Positions 1-9,292 are shown, counted from the stretch's first letter. The stretch: 22,925 nucleotides of DNA from Candidatus Iainarchaeum sp. (GCA_043816965.1 JBDRHK010000074.1:1-22925); one strand, 5' to 3'. Notes: a model not told the origin generated them from the letters alone. Made by a program: numbers and translations.

Positions 1-1310
1 CCGACAATAACCCTGTCAGGCCGCATCCTTAGTGTGTCGGTTATCAATGATTGCATTCCGATATCGGATTCTGCAACCGTAGTGAGGCTTAGTTTATGCC
101 TGTGAGGAATTTTTATTTCCGGAGTTTCCTCAACAATGATAATTCTCTCATCCAGTGGAATGAAACTGAAAAGGGCATTGAGTGTGGTGGTTTTCCCGGA
201 ACTTGTGTTTCCGCAAAGAAGAAGCGAGGAATCTGTCTCCAAAACCATCCAGATGAAAGCCATTGCCTTTGCGCTCATTATTTTTCCTGTGATGAGATCA
301 AGTGGGGTGAATGGATTCTGCCTGAATTTTCTTATTGTGAATGCCGGCCCGGAAAATGAAACAGGCTCAATGCATGCATTGATTCTGCATCCATCAGGGA
401 GAACTGCATTGATCTTCGGGGTCTGCACACTCAATCTCCTCCCAATCTTCCTCGCCATCCTGTTGACCAGATTCTTTGCAAAGCTTTCGCTGGAAAAATA
501 AAGGTTGCTTTCCATCCAGCCAAACGAGGAATCATAGACATAAATTGGGTTTTCCCTTCCCAAACCGGTAAGTGCGATTTCCTCAATTTCCTCATTCCCA
601 AGAAATGCTGAAATCGGCGCAAACCTGAATGAAATTTCAGAGGCCAATTCTGCAAGATAATTTTCCTGCTCCTCATCAAGGGCTATGGAATTGTTTTCGC
701 ATATTTTTCTAAGTACCTCTTTAGTGCTTTTATTGCCCTCAGCATTTTCCTCCCTGAATTCCTCAAGCAGCTTTTTGAGAAGAAATGCCTCCTGCCTTGT
801 AAGTTCAGGAAAGCCATTTATGCATAGTATTTTCTTCCCGTTTCTTAGTTCCACTATTTCCTGATTAATTCCGGTTTTTAGCACCCTGCATTTTTCAGGT
901 TCCCTTATTTTTCTTACCCTCCAGCCCAGCAGATTATCTGCTTCCTCCATCTCCCTCCATGACCTTTTCAGCCTTATTGCCCCCTTTTCACAGCTCTCAA
1001 TACACTGCATAAAAAAGCCATTCCCAGCACATAAATCGCACTTTTTCGCCTTTCCCCCGGAAATTTCAATAGCTCCCTGTTCGCATGCCTTTACGCATTC
1101 CCCGCAACCATCGCACAACCCCTCATCAACAGAGAGTATCCCTTCAGCAACCTCATAAATGGCACCTTTCCCGCAGATCAGAAAGCATGCAGCCTTCTCA
1201 GGGCTGCAATGTGCACATTTTATTGCTGCAATGGATTCCAGTCCATTAGGGCAATTTACCAGGCATTTGAGGCAATTATCACACTTCTCCCCATCGACAA
1301 TCAACCTCAT
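1..1310 (-). CDS. Polyferredoxin ([4Fe-4S], DmsB/HydN/CooF-like) fused to a type IV pilus/type II secretion ATPase (TadA/CpaF/FlaI family); 3' end runs off the window
   Basis: Manual translation from ATG 1310 (GGTG upstream) is open to the window edge. It begins MRLIVDGEKCDNCLKCLVNCP...CAHC...CFLIC...CDGCGECVKACE...CDLC...CIESCE (16 Cys). ATPase motifs follow: Walker A GNTSSGKTT, Asp box IVEETPEI, and LRMRPDRVIVG. It is absent from the ORF track because the stop lies outside the window. Confidence 0.9.
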   Translation of the reverse strand, partial: MRLIVDGEKCDNCLKCLVNCPNGLESIAAIKCAHCSPEKAACFLICGKGAIYEVAEGILSVDEGLCDGCGECVKACEQGAIEISGGKAKKCDLCAGNGFFMQCIESCEKGAIRLKRSWREMEEADNLLGWRVRKIREPEKCRVLKTGINQEIVELRNGKKILCINGFPELTRQEAFLLKKLLEEFREENAEGNKSTKEVLRKICENNSIALDEEQENYLAELASEISFRFAPISAFLGNEEIEEIALTGLGRENPIYVYDSSFGWMESNLYFSSESFAKNLVNRMARKIGRRLSVQTPKINAVLPDGCRINACIEPVSFSGPAFTIRKFRQNPFTPLDLITGKIMSAKAMAFIWMVLETDSSLLLCGNTSSGKTTTLNALFSFIPLDERIIIVEETPEIKIPHRHKLSLTTVAESDIGMQSLITDTLRMRPDRVIV

Positions 1311-1416
1311 TAAAACACCAAAATTACGTCAATTGTCTATATTTGTGTGTTTATCTTTTTTTAAGATTATGCCTGGCACAGTAAGGCAGTTTTAGAAACA
1401 GTGGTTGATGTAAAAT

Positions 1417-2289
1417 TCAGCCAATAATTTCAATTCCCTTGTCGGATATTTTATATGGCACCATTTTTTTCACATGGTTGCTGCTTCTCAGCTTGAGTAT
1501 TTCAAGGGCATTCTCCCGCTTCTCATTCTTTTTCAAATTGTAAAGGACAACAACCCCGTCAGCCAAAAATTCCTCGGTTCCTGTCCTGCTGTAAACTGTC
1601 GGGTCCTGCTCGGTTTCTGCAAGGACAAAATTAACCGAATTTATCCTCTCAAAGGTCTCAAACAACTTCCTAATATACTTCCTGTAATTTTCCTTGTCAT
1701 CAAAGGCTATGGAGAGGGCTGAAAGGGAATCAACGACAATCTTGTCAGGAATAAATGGCAGGCGAATCCTTTTCAGTGGAATCCTCAAGCCCCCGCTGGT
1801 TTTCAGTATTTCCTCTTCCATTGAACGGGCTATTTTTGTCGGGTCAAATTTCAAAACTGCAAGTTTCCCCTCAGTCTCAAGCTTCTGCAAATCCCAACCG
1901 AAATTCTGCAGCATATGCTTCTTGATTTTTTTCGGTTCCTCTTCAAACGAGATATAAATTCCTTTCTCCCCATTCATTACCCCGTTGTAGAGCGACTGCA
2001 GGCCAAAGGTTGTTTTGCCTGTTCCTGCCCCGCCCGAAATAAGTATTGTTGAGCCTCGTTCAATTCCCCCATTCATGATAAGCCCGTCAAATTTGCTCAC
2101 CCTTGCAGGAAGAACCTCCTCCTTTGCAGTTTTGGATTTATCAAAGTTATCGAAAAGAATCAGCGAATCCTCGAATTCAGCATCTATCCTCGGGGCGGGG
2201 TTTTTTTCCTTAATCTCTTTCTTTTCGCCGCCAAGGAACTTTGTCCTTTCGTTGACCCAATCCTTAAACCTGTCAATGAATTCAGCCAT
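1417..2289 (-). CDS. KaiC/RAD55-like single-domain RecA-superfamily ATPase
   Basis: Walker A GGAGTGKT, YISFEE, Walker B IVVDSL, EEFLADGVVVL and LEILKLRSSNH are typical of archaeal KaiC-like ATPases. Confidence 0.9.
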   Translation of the reverse strand: MAEFIDRFKDWVNERTKFLGGEKKEIKEKNPAPRIDAEFEDSLILFDNFDKSKTAKEEVLPARVSKFDGLIMNGGIERGSTILISGGAGTGKTTFGLQSLYNGVMNGEKGIYISFEEEPKKIKKHMLQNFGWDLQKLETEGKLAVLKFDPTKIARSMEEEILKTSGGLRIPLKRIRLPFIPDKIVVDSLSALSIAFDDKENYRKYIRKLFETFERINSVNFVLAETEQDPTVYSRTGTEEFLADGVVVLYNLKKNEKRENALEILKLRSSNHVKKMVPYKISDKGIEIIG

Positions 2290-2333
2290 TTAAATCCCCT
2301 ATTTATCTTGTATTTTCTCCTTTAAATCCCTAT

Positions 2334-4148
2334 CTATTTTTCCCTTAACTTGGCAATCTCCTCAGTAAGGATTTTTAATTCCATTTCATACTTCTCCATT
2401 CCGTCCTTGAACTCGCCCTTGGAAATTGAGGTTTCGTCGAAGTATCTCTTCTGCAATTCTATCTCCAGTTCCTCAACCTCCTTTCTCCTCCGGATGAGTT
2501 TGCCAAGCCTCCTTCTCTGAATTATGAAAAAGGCAGTAATCATTCCAACAGATATGAGAACAGCGCCAACGATCGCAATTATTGCGATATTTTTCATTAT
2601 GTCGAAAACAATGCTCTTCCCGGAAATGAGGATTGATTCTTCAACAAAGTTTGAGTTTCCATATTCGTCCTCGGCCCTTACCTCAAATCTCATTTCCCCC
2701 TCATCCTCTTCCTCAACATAATAACTCCCTTCATACAATCCGATACCAACCGCGTTCAGAACTATTTCCTTGCCGTTGATAAGTGTGGTTACTGTCCCAT
2801 TCCCAATAAACTCCAGGGAACCATAACTTGCATCCACTTCAATAGGGATTGTGTCCCCCACCTTATATCGCTTCTCCCTGGGCTCAATTATATCAATAGA
2901 AAGGTCTGCCGGCGCAATAGTAACAAATAGTGTTTCAGAACCGCTGAGAAGCACTTCCCCCTCTTCTTTCCTTGCACTAATCATCAAGTCTCTTCTTTCC
3001 AATTGTTCATTCCAGGGAATCCTGTAAAGGCCTGAATACTGCCCGCTTCTGATCTCGGCAAGGGGTACTGTTTTATTGCCCATAAGAATCTTCACGTCTG
3101 CCCCTGCAATTTCTTCTTCATTTCGGTTGGTCACTTTCACAATAAATTCCATTTCCTGCCCCCGAACATAGATAGATTCCAATTTTTTGATCAATTCTAT
3201 TTCCAAATGGGATTCAGGGATTGATTCCCTGACAAGAATGCTTTTTTCTATAAAAACACTGTTGTTGTTGAGATCAACCCCCCCAATATTCACAAGCCAT
3301 ATTCCCGGTTCCTCAAGAAAATTTGTGTGATAATTGTATCTGAATTCCCCATCTTCTTCGGAGTTAATCTCTGCTTTGTGCAGTGTTTTTTCCCCGGTTT
3401 TAAAAACAATCCTCAATGGAATGGAAATCCCGGTTTTATGCGCTTTAACATAACCAGCAATATCGATAACATCCCCCAAGAAATAGATTCCTTCAATATC
3501 AAAATCGGCAGCCAGCTCAGGCTTGAAATTAATTTTAATCGTTTCATCATTCACCAAGCCAATAAACTCAGCACTCACCACCACCTCTTTCTCCCCGCTT
3601 TCAAGATCAAGGGGCAGCTCAATCCATGTGCCATACACATCATCGCTAATCAGTTCATCCCCGTGTTTCCCATCATTAAATAGGGTAGTAGTGCCGAAAA
3701 ATCCGGTTGCCTTAACCCTCGCGCTTGCAATGCTTCTCCCTTCAGCAGTAATTCTAACTTTAATATTAACAAATTCCCCCCTCAGATACTGGTCTTCCTC
3801 ATCTGGATTAAGCACTGTTATAGATATGGACTTAGGGGTACAGTCAGCAGGGCAATTGCCATAACTTTCCTTTGTTTCGCACAAATCGTTTCCGCAGCAA
3901 TTCAGCTCAATCTGAATTGAGCAGATATCCTCAGTAGTGCAATAGTACTCCCTGCAGCTTTTACTGGGCACAGGCCCTGAACAGCTTCCGCAGTCTTCCG
4001 AACAGGAGCATGAATTTTCCCCCACACCACAGCTGCCATCCCCACAGCTTGCTGCATTTACGGCAGGAATTATAACAACTGAAAAAACCAAAAATAGGGC
4101 AAGTAAAAAAGTGAATTTTCCATCATTCATAGCTACACCTATAGCCAT
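2334..4148 (-). CDS. Secreted, membrane-anchored surface protein with Cys-rich repeats and Ig-like domains
   Basis: N-terminal signal peptide, CGDGSC...CSEDC and CGNDLC...CPADC repeats, an LFNDGKHGD...DDVY motif (choice-of-anchor X-like), beta-rich repeats, and a C-terminal TM helix followed by a charged coiled coil. Confidence 0.8.
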   Translation of the reverse strand: MAIGVAMNDGKFTFLLALFLVFSVVIIPAVNAASCGDGSCGVGENSCSCSEDCGSCSGPVPSKSCREYYCTTEDICSIQIELNCCGNDLCETKESYGNCPADCTPKSISITVLNPDEEDQYLRGEFVNIKVRITAEGRSIASARVKATGFFGTTTLFNDGKHGDELISDDVYGTWIELPLDLESGEKEVVVSAEFIGLVNDETIKINFKPELAADFDIEGIYFLGDVIDIAGYVKAHKTGISIPLRIVFKTGEKTLHKAEINSEEDGEFRYNYHTNFLEEPGIWLVNIGGVDLNNNSVFIEKSILVRESIPESHLEIELIKKLESIYVRGQEMEFIVKVTNRNEEEIAGADVKILMGNKTVPLAEIRSGQYSGLYRIPWNEQLERRDLMISARKEEGEVLLSGSETLFVTIAPADLSIDIIEPREKRYKVGDTIPIEVDASYGSLEFIGNGTVTTLINGKEIVLNAVGIGLYEGSYYVEEEDEGEMRFEVRAEDEYGNSNFVEESILISGKSIVFDIMKNIAIIAIVGAVLISVGMITAFFIIQRRRLGKLIRRRKEVEELEIELQKRYFDETSISKGEFKDGMEKYEMELKILTEEIAKLREK

Positions 4149-4177
4149 TAAACAAGTAAAAAGAACTATTTAAAGAA

Positions 4178-5917
4178 TTACTTCTGGTGGGCATAGATGT
4201 AATAAGCCGCAATGCCTATAATTACCGCAACCGCAACTACAATCAGCAAGGTCATATCTCCTGCGGCAGCGTCTCCAGTTCCCCCTGGCGGAGCAGTAAA
4301 AGCCACACAAATCCCTGCTTTACATTCATTCCCAAATCCACAACTTGTTCCATCAGCAACCTGCACATAACTGCAATTGCCCTCTGAGCAGCTGTCATTT
4401 GTGCATTGATTGCCATCATTACAGTTCACGCCTGAACAACTTCCAACCGGGATTGTCTCCTCTTCAGCATTACTTACAACTGGTGCAGAGTAATCATTTA
4501 ATGCAACCTCACTCACTTCCTTATCAATATAGTAAATGAAGCTGGCAGTCCCTCCTGCAGAAAGTGTTCCTGCATCAAATTCTACAACCGGATCATCCAA
4601 CAGAATAGCAAAATTCCCCCTTAGTTTGGTTGCAGTATCTGCTGCCAATTTTGGGATTTCCTCAAGCACTCTTACGTTTTTCAATTTTTTGCCACTTGCA
4701 TTCGAAACAGTAACAGTAATTTTTGCCTGATAGCTAACAACCCCTTCAGCAGAGGTTAGTTTCTCAACAGTAACTTCCCTCCGCACAGTTGTTTTCCCTA
4801 CAGCTGCACTGGCCTTATCAATTGCATTCTGGGAGGCACCGACTCTTGTAAGTAAATCAACCATTTCCTGCGAAGTTGGTTTCCCTGTGAATGTTCTCTC
4901 CCTTAAAGTTTCCCTTTTTTGCTGTCCCGGGGTTGTTCCCTCACAATCTTCTGGGCAACTCTTTGGCCCATTTCCATTCTCTGTCGGGCTGCAGATTCCG
5001 TCACCACAAACAACAGTAGTGGCAGTAGTACAATCTGCCGGACAGGTTCCTACACTCTCTGTTCTTGTACATGCCCCATCTCCGCAAACCTCGGAACAAT
5101 CCTCCGGGCATGAGGTAGAATCCTCATCATAATAACAGGTTCCGTCACCGCAGAAAGGCCCCTGGCCTCCTGGACCGGTAGTCATTGTAAATGTAGTTGT
5201 TGCGGTTAATGTGTTTTTGTCAGTGGTATCGCTAGCCTTTACATAGATTGTGTGCGAGCTTGAAGTTACTGTCCCAAAATCATATGTTAAAGTCGTCCCG
5301 TTGTTTATTTCAACCCCGCCAGCGGCGTTATTGTCTATAGTGAGATAATAAGTGTCAATCGAGGGATCCTCCATTGCGGCAATGGTAAGGGTAAGGTTAT
5401 TGGTATAAACCACACTTCCCCCGTTAGCCGGAGCGGAAATTGTGGGGGTTGACTCAAATTTGAAAGAGCTGGTTGAAGAACCCACATTGCTGTCCTGAAC
5501 CTGCTCGGTGCTGACATTAAAGTCCGAAATATTTATGTCAATGTAATAATTCCCGTCAGTAACATTGTTGACATCAAGCCAAGAGTATTTGCAATTCACC
5601 ATTGCCGTAAAATCTGTTGTCCCATTACAGCTGAATACGGCATCAACAAGGTTACCATCATAAATTAAATTATCCAAACCACCAGCACTTGTAGAATAGT
5701 AAATAGCAATTGCAAGATTTGAATCAGTCGCATTTGCGGAAACATTCAAATCCATGACATTGAAATTAATGTCCAATGCCCCTGTTGAGGAATAACCATA
5801 ATTAACAACAAAGTTGATGTCTGCCTCGGCCTGATTCAAAACAGCGCCGGCAGAAACAGTTGCGGCCATTGCGATTGCAAAAGCCAAAATTAACAGTATC
5901 TTTTTAGTGGAACCCAT
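4178..5917 (-). CDS. Surface glycoprotein-like protein with three CGDGxC...CPxDC repeats and a C-terminal TM anchor
   Basis: Signal peptide MGSTKKILLILAFAIAMAATVSA, a Thr/Ser/Asn-rich region with N-x-S/T sequons, three CGDG repeats, a CNDGNQCTNDSC repeat, and a C-terminal hydrophobic helix. Confidence 0.8.
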   Translation of the reverse strand: MGSTKKILLILAFAIAMAATVSAGAVLNQAEADINFVVNYGYSSTGALDINFNVMDLNVSANATDSNLAIAIYYSTSAGGLDNLIYDGNLVDAVFSCNGTTDFTAMVNCKYSWLDVNNVTDGNYYIDINISDFNVSTEQVQDSNVGSSTSSFKFESTPTISAPANGGSVVYTNNLTLTIAAMEDPSIDTYYLTIDNNAAGGVEINNGTTLTYDFGTVTSSSHTIYVKASDTTDKNTLTATTTFTMTTGPGGQGPFCGDGTCYYDEDSTSCPEDCSEVCGDGACTRTESVGTCPADCTTATTVVCGDGICSPTENGNGPKSCPEDCEGTTPGQQKRETLRERTFTGKPTSQEMVDLLTRVGASQNAIDKASAAVGKTTVRREVTVEKLTSAEGVVSYQAKITVTVSNASGKKLKNVRVLEEIPKLAADTATKLRGNFAILLDDPVVEFDAGTLSAGGTASFIYYIDKEVSEVALNDYSAPVVSNAEEETIPVGSCSGVNCNDGNQCTNDSCSEGNCSYVQVADGTSCGFGNECKAGICVAFTAPPGGTGDAAAGDMTLLIVVAVAVIIGIAAYYIYAHQK

Positions 5918-5934
5918 GGCAAAATATAGCGCAT

Positions 5935-5952
5935 AAGTTATTTAAATAACTT
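5935..5952 (-). promoter_or_regulatory. BRE/TATA promoter within a perfect 18-bp palindrome, upstream of the surface-protein gene (probably leaderless)
   Basis: AAGTTATTTAAATAACTT is a perfect palindrome. The minus strand reads GAAAGTTATTTAAATA about 20 nt before ATG 5917. Confidence 0.55.
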
Positions 5953-5979
5953 TCGTTTAAGAAAATTGAGGATCAGGAT

Positions 5980-6156
5980 TCAGTCCTTGAAATGAACATA
6001 CTTTTCCTTGCATCTCTCGGAGCAGAATTTTTGGTAGTAGAGGAAAGGGTCATCCCCCCTGGCAACCCCCTCGCCGCAAACCCTGCACCTTTTTTCAGGC
6101 TCTTGTATTCTTGGGCCAAGGGCATTATTCCTCTTAAAATAATCGCTGAAATCCAT
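5980..6156 (-). CDS. Small Zn-finger protein (CxxC...FCSxxC, DUF2116/MYM-like)
   Basis: CRVC...KFCSERC motifs. ATG 6156 is preceded by GGAGGTTGA, so it is preferred over the track's GTG 6189. Confidence 0.7.
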   Translation of the reverse strand: MDFSDYFKRNNALGPRIQEPEKRCRVCGEGVARGDDPFLYYQKFCSERCKEKYVHFKD

Positions 6157-6324
6157 CGGGGCATCAACCTCCAAACCAAAATTCTGCACGAAATTTCATT
6201 TTAATTTCACTATTATATATCACTTCTTTATAGTCTATTTAATTATAACGGTTTTAACCATAGAACAAATAATATTGGCAAAATAGGGCAGTTTTTGGGG
6301 AATTTCTGCTAGTTTTTATTATGT

Positions 6325-7431
6325 TCAGGGCAAGATATAAATCTGATTATTATTGCCTATCTCCTTCAGAAGTTCTTCGGCTTCTTTCCTCATTTCTCCA
6401 AACCAAAATTTTTCTTCTTCCGCATTGTAAGATGGTTCTACCTGAACAAGTTCAAGCATAAATTCAACAAAATCGCCACTGATTATATCTCCCTGTTCTT
6501 TAGGCAGGCTAATCGGCATCAGCTTTCTTGAAATTTTTTTTAAGTAAAACCATAAAGTATCTCGGTTTTTGTGTATTACACTTTGTGTTCCTTCCTCATA
6601 TAAATCAGGAATATCTTTCCCCTCACTTAATTTGCTGAGGAACGGGGAAAGAACCACTTCTTTGTAAACATCTGTTTGTGAAATAACTGTTGTTAATAAC
6701 ATAAAAAATTTGTCTTCGTCTTTAACAAAACCCCTGAAATTTTCCAATCGCTCATTTTCATCACTAAAAGGCGTATCAAATACCTCGCTCAATTTTTTGT
6801 CATATAACCACGTTCTAAAACAAGGATTTGCATGCAAGTTCAATAATTCTTCAGATGGTTTTCTTGAAGGATGATTTTTGTATATGCTTGATAAGTCAAC
6901 ATAGTAGTAGACTGGAGTGTTTTTGTCTAAATCTATTTTTTCGACCAGCTCTCCTTTATCATAAGACATTCGTTTTATTATCTCAAATCTTTGCCGATTC
7001 ATGAAATGCTGAAACTGATTCAATGAAGAAATGCTTTTTACACCCAGTATTTTTTTCAAGTTCTCGGCAGAAACAGGTTTGAAAAAACACTCAGTAAAAA
7101 TAGCAGAATAATTTTTGTTTCTTTGAATTTTGTGAATTAGTTTGAATAAATTTTTAAAATAATTAACCTGGGTTTCTTTTTTAAATTTTAATTTATTGGA
7201 TTCAAAGAAGTCTTTAAATTTTTTGGGTTCTTCTTCCCTATAGTTTAATCTGTTGACATGATACCCTATAGTGTTTAAAGAAGGGGGCTCTAGCTCAGGA
7301 TATTTTTGCCTAAACCAATTTTGTATTTGACGATAAGTTTTATCTTTGCTCATCTTTCGAATTTCCTGAATATCGTCATTATCCAGCCGTAAAATGTTTC
7401 CTTTAACATTATTTCTTTTAATGGTTTTCAT
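6325..7431 (-). CDS. Hypothetical protein with N-terminal HTH-like region; candidate repressor
   Basis: 368-aa ORF. KTYRQIQNWFRQKYPELEPPSLNTIGYHV resembles a helix-turn-helix. It is transcribed divergently from the replication operon. Confidence 0.6.
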   Translation of the reverse strand: MKTIKRNNVKGNILRLDNDDIQEIRKMSKDKTYRQIQNWFRQKYPELEPPSLNTIGYHVNRLNYREEEPKKFKDFFESNKLKFKKETQVNYFKNLFKLIHKIQRNKNYSAIFTECFFKPVSAENLKKILGVKSISSLNQFQHFMNRQRFEIIKRMSYDKGELVEKIDLDKNTPVYYYVDLSSIYKNHPSRKPSEELLNLHANPCFRTWLYDKKLSEVFDTPFSDENERLENFRGFVKDEDKFFMLLTTVISQTDVYKEVVLSPFLSKLSEGKDIPDLYEEGTQSVIHKNRDTLWFYLKKISRKLMPISLPKEQGDIISGDFVEFMLELVQVEPSYNAEEEKFWFGEMRKEAEELLKEIGNNNQIYILP

Positions 7432-7475
7432 ATTAAAATAATTATTATAAAAAGGTTTATAAACATATTTATTTT
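7432..7475. promoter_or_regulatory. Overlapping divergent BRE/TATA promoters
   Basis: A 44-bp AT-rich gap between divergent ATGs contains TTATAAA-aagg-TTTATAA (7445-7462). The plus strand reads AAAGGTTTATAAA and the minus strand reads AAACCTTTTTATAA. Confidence 0.6.
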
Positions 7476-7664
7476 ATGAAAAAAGAAAATTCCGAAAGAA
7501 GGACACAGATTTGCCAGAAATGTAGGTTTCTCTGGAATCCAAGGATAGAAGAACCTAAAGTATGTCCTCGTTGCCATGCTGATTGGAGAGTGCCATACAA
7601 AATTGGTGCAGGGGTAAAGAAATATTGGCAAAGAGAAGCCCCAGTGCAAGAGGTGAAAGCATGA
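7476..7664 (+). CDS. Small Zn-finger protein of the type seen in archaeal viruses/plasmids (CxxC..WxPR..CPxC...W)
   Basis: CQKCRFLWNPR...VCPRCHADW. Confidence 0.75.
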   Translation: MKKENSERRTQICQKCRFLWNPRIEEPKVCPRCHADWRVPYKIGAGVKKYWQREAPVQEVKA

Positions 7665-7873
7665 CCTACACGCCTCAGAGATGTAGCCAGTGTTCCCAGA
7701 TAATCCGAGATGAAGATTACTTCGCGTCTAGGAAAATCGATTTGTATGCTAAATTAATTGATGACCTACTTGAACGGGTCGACTCCAAATTAAAAGGCCC
7801 GAAAGCCCTTGACCCTAGAGCAAAGCTTGAGGCAGTGAAGAAAGAAATTGAGGCATTATTGCTGGAGACGTGA
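7661..7873 (+). CDS. Small hypothetical protein (CxxC plus coiled coil)
   Basis: ATG 7661 overlaps the upstream stop (ATGA) and follows GAGGTGA. The protein begins MTYTPQRCSQC. Confidence 0.65.
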   Translation: MTYTPQRCSQCSQIIRDEDYFASRKIDLYAKLIDDLLERVDSKLKGPKALDPRAKLEAVKKEIEALLLET

Positions 7874-7977
7874 TTTGGCAGGGAATAATCAAAAACACAG
7901 GAAAAAAAAAATAATTACGTTTGTTGCCTCTTTGGCAGAAAATTGGAGATGGTAAGAATGAATGGAGATGGTAAAAG

Positions 7978-8184
7978 ATGGAAAGACAGGAATTGGAATT
8001 GTTTTTGAAAAAAACAGTTAAAATTACAAAGATAACATCTGAAGGAAATATGCGTTTTTTCACTGGTGTGATAAAACAGCTTAGTATTGACAATCTAATT
8101 TTAGTGGATAAGTATGACCAATTGGTCATGATTAAATACAACCACATTGAACACATTCAAACAGTTGGCGGTGGTCTGCAATGA
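7978..8184 (+). CDS. Small Sm/LSm-like (SH3-barrel) protein
   Basis: 68 aa with the pattern FLKKTVKI...FTGVIKQL...LILVD...VMIKYNHIEHI, resembling the Sm1/Sm2 motifs. It has an ATGA overlap with the helicase gene. Confidence 0.55.
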   Translation: MERQELELFLKKTVKITKITSEGNMRFFTGVIKQLSIDNLILVDKYDQLVMIKYNHIEHIQTVGGGLQ

Positions 8185-9275
8185 CTGTTAATTACGCATT
8201 TAACAATGCTACTGATTCACAGAAAACTCAAATGAAAAAGAATTATAGACAATTGAAAGACCAAGAAACGATTTCAGTGGGAGATTTACTCGACACTGAT
8301 ATCCCTCCACAAGAATGGATTATTGAGGGGCTGGTGGATGATGAAGGAATGGACATCATTGCGGGACGACCTAAAGATTTTAAATCAGGGTTTATTTTAT
8401 CTGCGTGCATCCACATAGCGATTGGTAGACCATTCATGGGACTAAAGGTCAAAAAATTGAGAACCTTAATTGTTGATGAGGAAAATGGAATAAGGCGAAC
8501 CGACAGGCGGTTGGAGAAACTCATTTTAGCTATGAAACTAACTCCTGAAGAAATAACCGATTTGCGAAAAAACCTAGGATTTTCTATTTGGAAGGGGATA
8601 CAAGTTACTTCTCCTGAAGGAATACAAAAATTAGAGGCATTAATTGTCAAACACAAACCAAAATTTATCGTAGTGGATAGTTTGGTGAGAGTTATGACAG
8701 GGAAAGAAAATGATGTCGGAGATGCTAGGAAAGTATTTCATAACATCAAGCCACTTTTTACACAATATGGTGTCAAATTTCAGTTTGTACACCACACACG
8801 CAAAAATGGCTATGCAAGAGTAACTGTTGAGGATGTCCGAGGAAGTGGTGATTTCATTGGGCAAGTGAACCAGCTTCTTGTGATGAATAGGGATGGAAAA
8901 ACTGAAAATGGAGTACAATTTTTCAATATTTTCTCAGGAGTCGACAGAGATTTTTATGTGAATCGTGCTTACGGAATAAAATTCAAGATATATGATAAGC
9001 TTTTTGAGGACAAAACAGGGCTTGTTGTTGAAAGAATTGGGGAGATGCAAGAGGGCGAAGTTCCGAATAAAGCAGATAAAGTGCCAGATTTATGTGAAAA
9101 AGATGTATTGAAATGGGCAGAAGAAGAAGAAAGAGCTGTGCTGACAAGTGAGTTTGTTGATAAATTCAAGGAAAAATATGCCCAAACATCAGTGGAAAAG
9201 GCTTTGAGTGTTTTAACGAAAGAAGGAAAGCTGATTAGACCACGCCAAGGGAGGTACATTGCGGTGAGGGATTAG
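8181..9275 (+). CDS. AAA_25/RepA-like RecA-fold replicative helicase with C-terminal wHTH
   Basis: EWIIEGL, Walker A variant AGRPKDFKS, LIVDEE, Walker B FIVVDSL, VHHTRK, RGSGDF, and a C-terminal SVEKALSVLTKEGKLIRPRQGRY wHTH. Confidence 0.85.
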   Translation: MTVNYAFNNATDSQKTQMKKNYRQLKDQETISVGDLLDTDIPPQEWIIEGLVDDEGMDIIAGRPKDFKSGFILSACIHIAIGRPFMGLKVKKLRTLIVDEENGIRRTDRRLEKLILAMKLTPEEITDLRKNLGFSIWKGIQVTSPEGIQKLEALIVKHKPKFIVVDSLVRVMTGKENDVGDARKVFHNIKPLFTQYGVKFQFVHHTRKNGYARVTVEDVRGSGDFIGQVNQLLVMNRDGKTENGVQFFNIFSGVDRDFYVNRAYGIKFKIYDKLFEDKTGLVVERIGEMQEGEVPNKADKVPDLCEKDVLKWAEEEERAVLTSEFVDKFKEKYAQTSVEKALSVLTKEGKLIRPRQGRYIAVRD

Positions 9276-9292
9276 GGCGAAAACTGGCTGTT

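Noticed and set aside
950..1310. A separate ferredoxin gene upstream of the ATPase
   Set aside because: There is no stop codon. ATG 1310 and ATG 950 are in the same open frame.
96..1395. Track ORFs 96-359, 136-501, 431-679 and 1159-1395
   Set aside because: They are shadow or alternative frames of the ferredoxin-ATPase gene, which occupies 1-1310 on the minus strand.
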